Positions 33,760 through 41,091 of a stretch of DNA of 63,078 nt are shown here, piece by piece (positions within the stretch are counted from its first letter, which is position 1; every line of letters begins with the position of its first letter). The notes under the pieces were generated by a model. The model had not been told where the DNA came from and did not search any database. It worked only from the letters and a program-made list of their open reading frames with translations. The DNA lies in contig CAZBKQ010000005.1 in NCBI GenBank assembly GCA_964492555.1, forward strand, positions 8,503 to 71,580, written 5' to 3'. This stretch comes from an uncultured Rhodospirillaceae bacterium (GTDB taxonomy: Bacteria; Pseudomonadota; Alphaproteobacteria; MPNO01; UBA2964). Position numbers and translations under genes: made by a program.

Positions 33760-35550
33760 ATGAGCGATCTTACCAAGTACGACCGGCCCCAGAATGTCGG
33801 AAACCCCGTCATGGGCTGGGCCAGCGACGTCGCGGCGGAAATGCTGCGGCGGATGGGCATCAAATATCTGTCGATGAACCCGGGGGCCAGCTATCGCGGC
33901 TTCCACGATTCCATCGTCAATTATCTGGATAATAAAGATCCGCAGATGCTGCTCTGCCTGCATGAGGACCACGCGGTCCACATCGCGCAGGGCTATGCAA
34001 AGGCGACCGATGAGCCGATGGGCTGCATCCTGCATTCCAATGTCGGTCTGATGCACGGCACGATGGGGCTCTTCAACGCCTGGTGTAACCGGGTGCCGAT
34101 GGTGGTGATGGGGGCGACCGGCCCGGTGGACGCGCCGAAGCGCCGTCCCTGGATTGACTGGATCCACACCGAAAAGGACCAGGGCGCGATCATTCGGAAC
34201 TTCGTCAAATATGATGATGAACCGCGATCAGCACAGGCGCTGGCCGAAACCATGGTGCGGGTCAACAAGATGGTGCGCACCGAACCGACCGCGCCGGCTT
34301 ATGTGTGTCTCGACGCCGGTCTGCAGGAAAGCGCCATTGATCCGGACATGAAGCTGCCCGACGTATCCCGCTTTTTGCCGCCCGCTCCGACACCCGCCCC
34401 GCAAGCGGCGATTGACGAGGCGGCGGAGCTGCTGGCCAACGCGGAAAACCCTGTCATCATGGTTGGGCGCGTCAAGCGTTCCGAGAAGGGTTGGGACGAC
34501 CGCATCAAGCTTGCGGAAATGCTCGGCGCCGGGGTGGTGACCGACATGAAGACGGCAGCCGGCTTCCCGACTGATCATCCGCTGCATCTGGCGCCGCCGA
34601 GCAACCGGCCGCGCGAGGAAGCGGTGACCGAAATGAAGAACGCCGATGTCATCCTCGATCTCAACTGGGTCGATCTGGCGGGCACCTTCAAACTGGCCTT
34701 CGGCCGTGACGACGTCTCCGCCAAGGTCATCCACGTCTCCATGGACTCGCTGATCCATAATGGCTGGTCGTCGGATCACATGGGCATGCCCTTGGGCGAT
34801 GTCACCATGCTGGCCCAGACCGAGGCCGTGGTGGAGCAGCTTCTGGAAGCGCTGGAAGCCAGGCTCGGCGATAAATCCAAATGGGACGGCGAAAACAAGG
34901 GACGCACCCCGGATGTCGATACGACATTTGCCGACCTTAAACCCGAAGACCCGATTTCGGTCGAGGCGGTCACGCTCTGCGTCAACGAAGCCCGCAAGGG
35001 CCGCAACCTGACGCTCGCCAACGTCACCATCGGTTGGGCCGCGGACGGGTATCACTGGACCCATCCGCTGGATTATCTCGGCAATGACGGTGGCGGCGGG
35101 TTGGCCTCCGGCCCGGCGACCTCCATCGGTGCCGCGCTGGCGCTGAAGGATACCGACCGTACCGTGATGGCGGTGCTGGGTGATGGCGATACCATGCAGG
35201 GGGCGAGTTGCCTCTGGACCGCGGCGCATTATCAGATCCCGGTCCTGCTGCTGATCTCCAACAACCGGTCGAACTTCAATGATGAAATCCACCAGGAAAC
35301 GGTGGCGAAGATGCGCGACCGCCCGGTGGAGAACCGCTGGATCGGACAGCGTATCGACGATCCGGAGGTCCAGATCGAGAAATACGCCGCCTCGCTCGGC
35401 GTGGACTCTGCGGGCCCGATCACCACGGTGGGCGATCTGCTGCCCGCCATTCAGGAGGGGCTCAAGGCCGTCGATGCGGGCAAGCCGTATCTGCTGAACG
35501 TGCATGTGGAGAAGGGGTACGCAACCCCGCCGCCGGCGCGCGAAGCGTAG
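33760..35550 (+). CDS. ThDP-dependent enzyme T4, tandem paralog of T3
   Basis: 596 aa. Motifs NPGASYRGFHDSIVNY, CLHEDHAV, RRPWIDWIH and LGDGDT...LISNN. Confidence 0.85.
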   Translation: MSDLTKYDRPQNVGNPVMGWASDVAAEMLRRMGIKYLSMNPGASYRGFHDSIVNYLDNKDPQMLLCLHEDHAVHIAQGYAKATDEPMGCILHSNVGLMHGTMGLFNAWCNRVPMVVMGATGPVDAPKRRPWIDWIHTEKDQGAIIRNFVKYDDEPRSAQALAETMVRVNKMVRTEPTAPAYVCLDAGLQESAIDPDMKLPDVSRFLPPAPTPAPQAAIDEAAELLANAENPVIMVGRVKRSEKGWDDRIKLAEMLGAGVVTDMKTAAGFPTDHPLHLAPPSNRPREEAVTEMKNADVILDLNWVDLAGTFKLAFGRDDVSAKVIHVSMDSLIHNGWSSDHMGMPLGDVTMLAQTEAVVEQLLEALEARLGDKSKWDGENKGRTPDVDTTFADLKPEDPISVEAVTLCVNEARKGRNLTLANVTIGWAADGYHWTHPLDYLGNDGGGGLASGPATSIGAALALKDTDRTVMAVLGDGDTMQGASCLWTAAHYQIPVLLLISNNRSNFNDEIHQETVAKMRDRPVENRWIGQRIDDPEVQIEKYAASLGVDSAGPITTVGDLLPAIQEGLKAVDAGKPYLLNVHVEKGYATPPPAREA

Positions 35551-35585
35551 TCGGGCAGGCTTGCTCGCACGTTAACACCGATTGT

Positions 35586-35612
35586 CACCCCGGCCTCCGA
35601 GCCGGGGTCCAG
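35586..35612 (+). repeat. REP-like palindromic element, copy 1
   Basis: 8-bp stem accccggc (35587-94) / gccggggt (35601-08) with loop ctccga. It matches the reverse complement of 39105-39134 at about 24 of 27 positions. Confidence 0.55.
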
Positions 35613-35678
35613 TTGGCTATATCGGCGGTACTATGGATTGTCGGCTCTCGCCCGGCAACGACCTACAAAATTGCTGAG

Positions 35679-35707
35679 ATGCCCGGGCTTTGACCCGGGC
35701 ATTTTTT
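35679..35707 (+). terminator. Intrinsic terminator of the T2-H1-T3-T4 operon
   Basis: 9-bp stem atgcccggg / cccgggcat with a 6-nt loop, followed by T6. The same stem sequence recurs at 39070-39092. Confidence 0.8.
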
Positions 35708-35856
35708 GTAGAGAAATTACCCCTCCCCGGAGAGGAGTGGCGCTATTTTATTTGCCTCCCTCGTCACGAGGGGGAGGGCAAGGGCGGGGGTGTGGCAGCA
35801 CGACGTCCACCCGCCTATAATCACCAGAACGATTGCAAATTTCAGGGAGACACATC

Positions 35857-36261
35857 ATGGCAAAACTTCGTCACATCGCGCTGAGCGTCAGCGATCTGCA
35901 GACCAGCGCCAAGTTCTACGAGGAAGCCTTCGGGATGGAACGCGTCCGCGAATCCGACGTCGCGGTGATGCTTTCGGACGGTGTTGTGTCTCTGGCGCTG
36001 CTGTGCCTTGAGAAAAACGACAATGCGCCGGATGAGCGCGGTTCCGGCTATCGCGGGTTGCATCATATGGGCTTTCTGGTCGATAGCGTGCCGGAACAGT
36101 CGGAGATGGTCGAAGCCGCCGGCGGCAAATATCACGGACAAATACTCAATGTCGGCGCAGGCGAGGAATTCGAACGCAAATACCGCGATCCCGATGGGGT
36201 GGTGATCGATGTGTCCTCGCCCGAACACGCGACCTCGTCCTGGCGCGTGCCGGTCGAATAG
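35857..36261 (+). CDS. VOC-family protein (glyoxalase / bleomycin resistance / dioxygenase fold)
   Basis: 134 aa from the ATG at 35857 (RBS GGGAGA). Motifs LRHIALSVSDLQTSAKFYEEAFGM and YRDPDGVVIDV. Confidence 0.8.
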   Translation: MAKLRHIALSVSDLQTSAKFYEEAFGMERVRESDVAVMLSDGVVSLALLCLEKNDNAPDERGSGYRGLHHMGFLVDSVPEQSEMVEAAGGKYHGQILNVGAGEEFERKYRDPDGVVIDVSSPEHATSSWRVPVE

Positions 36262-36280
36262 TCGCGTGGGAGATTAGCCG

Positions 36281-36499
36281 GTGGCGAAGGACCAGATGTC
36301 GGAAGGGACGAAACTGATCGTTTCCACCCTGGTCGTCACCGGGCTGTTACAGGCGGTTTGCGCCTTCCTGCTTTTCTGGATACCGAACTGGTTTCCCTTC
36401 GGGGAAAGCGGGGCCCTGTTTCTCGGAATATTTTTTGTCGTCCTCGCCCTGGCGAGCATCGGCGGCGCGGTCTGGTTCAGGGTAAAGGTCGTGTATTAG
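36281..36499 (+). CDS. Small hypothetical membrane protein (two TM segments)
   Basis: 72 aa. GTG start after GGGAGA. Third positions are GC-rich. Hydrophobic segments LIVSTLVVTGLLQAVCAFLLFWI and ALFLGIFFVVLALASIGGAVWF. Confidence 0.5.
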   Translation: MAKDQMSEGTKLIVSTLVVTGLLQAVCAFLLFWIPNWFPFGESGALFLGIFFVVLALASIGGAVWFRVKVVY

Positions 36500-37161
36500 G
36501 GCTGTTTTCTGATCGTTCCCGTTCGGTTCGACCAGATACCGAGATGGCGGGCGATCTCTCGCACGTCTTTCGCGCTCTCACCGATCCGTGCCCTGATTTC
36601 CGGGCCGCAGTCGGCGGGCGAGACGCTGCTTGCCGCCTCGTCAACGATGTCTTCGGGGAAGGGCATGTCCTCGACACCGCGCCGGTCAATCGCCGTGGCG
36701 ACCATGTGGTAAAAAGCAAAGAAATCGGGGCGCATCGCGCGGGACAACTGACGGCAGACCCGTTCCAGCCCGTATCCCCATACCAGCCGCGGAAATTCGT
36801 TTCGGAGGTAAAGGTTGAAAACATCGACCTCATAGGGCTGGCCGCCGACCTCCTTCACCAGTTTCTTCGCGGTCGCCCGCGCCTTGGCGACGACGGGCTT
36901 TTGATCCTGCTTGCAGTCGGGATATTTCAGCGCGGTAAAGCGGGGGTCTTTCTGCGTCGTCTCATATAGCCTGTCATCGTCGGAGCGTTGCAGCGCGGCC
37001 CTGATCTGCAGGAAATTCCATAACAGTTCGAAGCCGCCTTCGCCGATTACCGTCTCGCAATCCCGGTTGGCGATATGCCCCTGCAGGACGGTGGCGAACT
37101 TGCCCATCCGCGCATCGAACGCCGACTGGGCATCAGCGGCTGGCGCGAACAGCAACAGCAC
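36496..37161 (-). CDS. Hypothetical secreted protein with four Cys; the true start is probably upstream at a non-canonical codon (ATT 37203 or CTG 37197)
   Basis: 221 aa from GTG 37161. The in-frame upstream codons give a complete signal peptide (Q)LKPFCRSAAATLVLLLFAPAADA/QS, and GAGGG lies 7 nt before the ATT. I recognise no family. Confidence 0.6.
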   Translation of the reverse strand: MLLLFAPAADAQSAFDARMGKFATVLQGHIANRDCETVIGEGGFELLWNFLQIRAALQRSDDDRLYETTQKDPRFTALKYPDCKQDQKPVVAKARATAKKLVKEVGGQPYEVDVFNLYLRNEFPRLVWGYGLERVCRQLSRAMRPDFFAFYHMVATAIDRRGVEDMPFPEDIVDEAASSVSPADCGPEIRARIGESAKDVREIARHLGIWSNRTGTIRKQP

Positions 37162-37213
37162 CAGCGTGGCGGCGGCGCTCCGGCAGAATGGTTTCAGCTG
37201 AATGACCGTGCCC

Positions 37214-38992
37214 TCAGGTCAGCATCGCCTTGCCCTTGCCCCGGCGGCACACCGTGTCGACCAGAGCGGGCTTGCCCTGCTTGACCTGTTCGATGGCGCG
37301 TTTCACGGCCGCCTGCACGTCATCGCCGTTCTCGATCGGCCCTTCGGCCCACCAGCCCTGGGAGCGGGCGAGACCCGCGAAGTCGGGATCGGGGTCCAGC
37401 AGGTCCATGCCGATATAGGCGCGGGACGGGTCGGTGCCGCGGTTATTGGCGATTACGATCTGGTGGTTCCAGTCATTGTAATAGGCGCGGTTATTGTACA
37501 TCACGATCAGCATCGGAATTTCGTACTTGGCCGCCATCCAGAGCGCGCCTGCGTCAAACATCAGATCGCCGTCGGGCTGAAGATCGATACAAAGCCGTCC
37601 GGTGCCTTTGTTGGCCAGCGCCACACCGAGCGAGGTTCCGATCTGCGTGCCGGTGCCGAGCTCCCGCCCGCCATGACAGTAAGGCCGGTCAAAATCCCAG
37701 AGACGGCGGGCCGCGTCATGCATGGTGCCGGCGGTCAGGACCCAGTCCTCATCCTTGATGACCTCCCAGATTTCCAGCGCCAGACGGCCGACCGTCATGG
37801 GTGTGGCGTCCCAGTCTTCCTCGGCTTCCTTCCGCCATTGGGTGCGCAGCGCGCGGTGTTTTTCGCCGATCATCTCGGTGCGGTTGGCGATCTTCTCGGC
37901 CAGCCCGTCGGTCTTCGCGATGCGTTCCTTTAACAGATCGGTCAGCATGGGTGAGGCCGTCACCACATCGGCGGTCATCCGCACATCGGGATAGAGCGTG
38001 CGCGCATAATCCATCGACCATTTGGAGATTTCCTGATCGGTCCAGCCGATATCGATCCATTTGGCGTTTTCATTGACGCTCGGCTTCACCGTCCGGGTGG
38101 ATATGTCGCGCACATGGGTGTGCTTTTCGAAATCGGCGACGTCGAGCAGCAACACCGCGTCCACGCCTTCGTAACAGGCCTGCTGGTCCATCGAGAGGTT
38201 CAGCGGGTGCGTGCCGGGGAAGTTGAGCCGTGAATTCACGTCCCAGACGCTGGCCCCCAGCGTTTCTGCCAGATCGACGACATGATCCCAGCCATGCGGC
38301 GGGCGGGCGGCGAAATCAGCGACAATCGCCGGGCGTTCGGCGGCGGCGAGAATATCGGCGGCCTCCGTAAGGGCCTGCGGGTCGGGCGCGGCCTGGGCCG
38401 GGACGCGCACGCCGTCTTCCGGCGGCATGGCGATTTCATGATCCAGTTCCGCTTCCTGCAGCCCCGCGTCGTAACACATATAGATCGGGCCCTGACGGCC
38501 GGTCATCATCACCGAATAGGCGCGGGCGAAGCTGTCCGGCACATAATCGACGGTGACGGGTTGGGCGTCCCATTTGACGTAATCGCGGATCACCTGGCCC
38601 TGCACATGGGCGGAATGGATCCAGTCAATGAACGGGCGGCGTTTGGTTTCGTCCACCGGGCCGGTGGCGCCGATGATGAAGACCGGTGCCCGGTCGAGAT
38701 AGGCGTAATAGACCCCCATCGGGGCGTGCAGCAGCCCGACCAGATTATGCACGATGGCGATCATCGGCTTTCCGGAATGACGGGCATAGCCATGCGCCAT
38801 CTGCACCGCGATTTTCTCATGGGTACACAGCATCATCGGCGGATCGTTCTCGCCGTAATTGACCAGGCTGTCATGAAGGCCGCGATAGCTCGCCCCGGGG
38901 TTCAGCGCGATTTGCTCGAACCCGAACTGCTTGATCAGGTCGACGATAACGTCCGACTGGTATTTGGTGTTGGATTTCTTGATGCCGCTCAT
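37214..38992 (-). CDS. ThDP-dependent enzyme T5, divergent long subfamily
   Basis: 592 aa. Motifs NPGASYRGLHDSLVNYG, CTHEKIAV, RRPFIDWIH and PDGDLMF...VMYNN. Confidence 0.85.
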   Translation of the reverse strand: MSGIKKSNTKYQSDVIVDLIKQFGFEQIALNPGASYRGLHDSLVNYGENDPPMMLCTHEKIAVQMAHGYARHSGKPMIAIVHNLVGLLHAPMGVYYAYLDRAPVFIIGATGPVDETKRRPFIDWIHSAHVQGQVIRDYVKWDAQPVTVDYVPDSFARAYSVMMTGRQGPIYMCYDAGLQEAELDHEIAMPPEDGVRVPAQAAPDPQALTEAADILAAAERPAIVADFAARPPHGWDHVVDLAETLGASVWDVNSRLNFPGTHPLNLSMDQQACYEGVDAVLLLDVADFEKHTHVRDISTRTVKPSVNENAKWIDIGWTDQEISKWSMDYARTLYPDVRMTADVVTASPMLTDLLKERIAKTDGLAEKIANRTEMIGEKHRALRTQWRKEAEEDWDATPMTVGRLALEIWEVIKDEDWVLTAGTMHDAARRLWDFDRPYCHGGRELGTGTQIGTSLGVALANKGTGRLCIDLQPDGDLMFDAGALWMAAKYEIPMLIVMYNNRAYYNDWNHQIVIANNRGTDPSRAYIGMDLLDPDPDFAGLARSQGWWAEGPIENGDDVQAAVKRAIEQVKQGKPALVDTVCRRGKGKAMLT

Positions 38993-39069
38993 GGGAGTCC
39001 CTGCTGTTTGATTGGTGCCGGAAATTTAGCAGGCGGGCGTGAGGGCGGAAAGGGTGGGCGCAAAACTGA

Positions 39070-39092
39070 ATGCCCGGGACGTGCCCGGGCAT
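39070..39092 (-). terminator. Intrinsic terminator after T6 (same stem as 35679-35702)
   Basis: 9-bp stem atgcccggg / cccgggcat with a 5-nt loop. On the minus strand it is followed by tcagtttt. Confidence 0.6.
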
Positions 39093-39104
39093 ATTTCCTT
39101 ATGA

Positions 39105-39134
39105 CTGGACGCCGGCTCGGGGGCCGGGGTCCAG
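39105..39134 (-). repeat. REP-like palindromic element, copy 2
   Basis: ctggac-g-ccggc (39105-16) / gccgg-g-gtccag (39123-34), 11 bp plus one mismatch, with a 6-nt loop. It shares the 12-mer gccggggtccag with 35601-35612. Confidence 0.55.
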
Positions 39135-39149
39135 ACTCTCTGTTCTTCC

Positions 39150-40925
39150 TTAGGCCGCTTCACCCCTGCGCCAGGTGATGATATCGACCAGCGCCGGTTT
39201 GCCGGATTTCACAACCTTGAGCGCTTCGCGGACAGCCGGCTGGATATCGGCAGGGTTCATGATCGGCCCTTCGGCCCACCAGTCCATGCCGCGGGCGATA
39301 TGGGCGAAGTCGGGCGCCGGGCCTTCCAGATCCATGCCGATATAGGCGCGTTCCGGATCGGTGCCTCGCTTGTTGGCGACCGAGATCTGATGCGCCCAGT
39401 CATTGTAATAGGCGCGGTTGTTGTACATCAGGCACAGCATGGGGATTTCGTACTTGGCGGCGATCCACAATCCACCGAGATCAAACATCAGATCGCCGTC
39501 GGGCTGGAGATTGACCACCACCTTGTCGGTGTCCTTGTAGGCCAGCGCCACGCCAAGCGACATGCCGAACTGCGTCGCCGTGCCGAGCTCGCGTCCCGGA
39601 TGACGGTAGGGCTTGTCGAAATCCCATATCTTGCGGACCCAGTCCTTCAAAGTCCCGGCGGACAGCACCCAGTCCTCGTCCTTGATGACCTCCCATATTT
39701 CGGCGGCCATGCGGGCTTCGTGCATCGGGTCGTGATCCCAGAATTTTTTCACGTCCTCCTGCCACTTGTCCCACTGGGCGTGGTGCTTGTCGCTGACGGT
39801 TTTTGTGCGGTCCGCGATCTTCTGCTGCAGCGCCGCATCGCCCGCGATCTTTTCCTTGCAGGCTTCGGTCAGGGCCGGGATGGCGTTCGCGGTGTCGGAC
39901 AGAATCCGCATATCCCAGTTATGATGCTTGTTGTAATCGGTCGCCCACTTGGAAATCTCGATATCGGCAAATCCGATATCGATCCATTTGCAGTCCGGCG
40001 TGGTAATCGCCTCCACTTGGCGGGTTTCCCAGTTGGGCTTGTGCGACCCCCGGGTCCAGTCCACCACGTCCAGCGCGCAGACCACATCCGCGCCCTTGAA
40101 TGCATCACCATGCATGGAAACGCTGAGCGGATGCTTGTTGGGGAAGCCGAGGCGCTTATTGATATCGAATACGCCGCAGCCGAGTGTTTCAGCCAGTTCC
40201 ACCGTATCGTCGAACCCGATCGGCGCACGGGCGGCATATTCCGTGAGCAGGATCGGATAGTCGGCGGCCAGCAACATATCCGCGGCCTCTCCGATCAGCT
40301 TGGGATCGGCGGCGAGACGCGGCGGCACCTTGATTGCCTCGGGCGGCGGAATTTCGATCTCCTCGGTCAGTTCGCCTTCCTGCAGCCCGGCGTCATAGAC
40401 CATGTAAACCGGACCCTGCGGTTCGGTCATCATGATGGAATAGGCGCGGGCGAAACTGTCCGGCACGCCATGAATGGTGCCGGGCTGATAATCCCACTTG
40501 GTGTAATCGCGGATGGCGGACCCCTGCGCGAAGGCGGTGTGAATCCAGTCGATAAACGGCCGGCGGAGTTTTTCATCCATCGGGCCGGTCGCGCCCATCA
40601 GGAAAATCGGGCAGCGGTCGATATAGGCGTAATAAACGGCCAAGGGCGCGTGCAGCAGCCCGACCACGTTATGGACGATGGCGGGCATCGGCTTGCCGAT
40701 CGCCTTGGCGTAGCCGTGCGCGATTTGCACCGCCAGCTTTTCGTGGTTGCACAGGATCATCGGCGGGTCGTCCTCGCCGTAATTCACCAGGCTGTCATGC
40801 AGCCCGCGATAGCTCGCGCCGGGGTTCAGCGGGATCGCCGGAAAATCGTATGCCTTGATCAGATCGACGATGATGTCTGACTGATAGCGTGTATTGGCCT
40901 TGCGGATAAACTGGTCTTCGGACAT
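39150..40925 (-). CDS. ThDP-dependent enzyme T6, tandem paralog of T5
   Basis: 591 aa. Motifs NPGASYRGLHDSLVNYG, CNHEKLAV, RRPFIDWIH and PDGDLMF...LMYNN. Confidence 0.85.
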   Translation of the reverse strand: MSEDQFIRKANTRYQSDIIVDLIKAYDFPAIPLNPGASYRGLHDSLVNYGEDDPPMILCNHEKLAVQIAHGYAKAIGKPMPAIVHNVVGLLHAPLAVYYAYIDRCPIFLMGATGPMDEKLRRPFIDWIHTAFAQGSAIRDYTKWDYQPGTIHGVPDSFARAYSIMMTEPQGPVYMVYDAGLQEGELTEEIEIPPPEAIKVPPRLAADPKLIGEAADMLLAADYPILLTEYAARAPIGFDDTVELAETLGCGVFDINKRLGFPNKHPLSVSMHGDAFKGADVVCALDVVDWTRGSHKPNWETRQVEAITTPDCKWIDIGFADIEISKWATDYNKHHNWDMRILSDTANAIPALTEACKEKIAGDAALQQKIADRTKTVSDKHHAQWDKWQEDVKKFWDHDPMHEARMAAEIWEVIKDEDWVLSAGTLKDWVRKIWDFDKPYRHPGRELGTATQFGMSLGVALAYKDTDKVVVNLQPDGDLMFDLGGLWIAAKYEIPMLCLMYNNRAYYNDWAHQISVANKRGTDPERAYIGMDLEGPAPDFAHIARGMDWWAEGPIMNPADIQPAVREALKVVKSGKPALVDIITWRRGEAA

Positions 40926-41091
40926 GAAGCTTTCCTGTGTCTGGAGGGTTTGTCGTTGGACGTGAGTCTATCAAGCAAAACGCCTTGGGGCCAACCTGGA
41001 CGATGGGATTTTTCCGTCCCGCCTTTGCATAGTCGGTGGGGGGAACGCTATAAGGGGACAAAGAATTCTTGCTCAGGGAGATTCCCCCAAA

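Noticed and set aside
35586-35612. Possible Moco or other riboswitch, suggested by the gcctccgagcc core and the nearby purine-rich hairpins upstream of 35857.
   Set aside because: The same hairpin recurs in reverse orientation at 39105-39134, directly after a stop codon. The downstream genes are unrelated to cofactor metabolism, and I cannot reproduce a full riboswitch consensus from memory. A REP-like or 3'-UTR element is the simpler explanation.
35690-35884. ORFs inside the 306-nt intergenic region (35638-35820, 35690-35884, 35790-36011).
   Set aside because: They have no RBS, their composition is low in complexity (Gly/Arg/Pro runs derived from the hairpin repeats), they overlap the terminator, and the last two run into or across the well-supported VOC gene start at 35857.
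40926-41091. Possible TPP riboswitch or other leader upstream of the ThDP genes or the Mo-enzyme gene in the 166-nt divergent region.
   Set aside because: I could not find the conserved TPP-riboswitch elements (the CUGAGA / ACCUGAUCUGGAUAAUGCCAGCG-type core). ThDP-using enzymes, unlike thiamine biosynthesis genes, are not expected to carry one.
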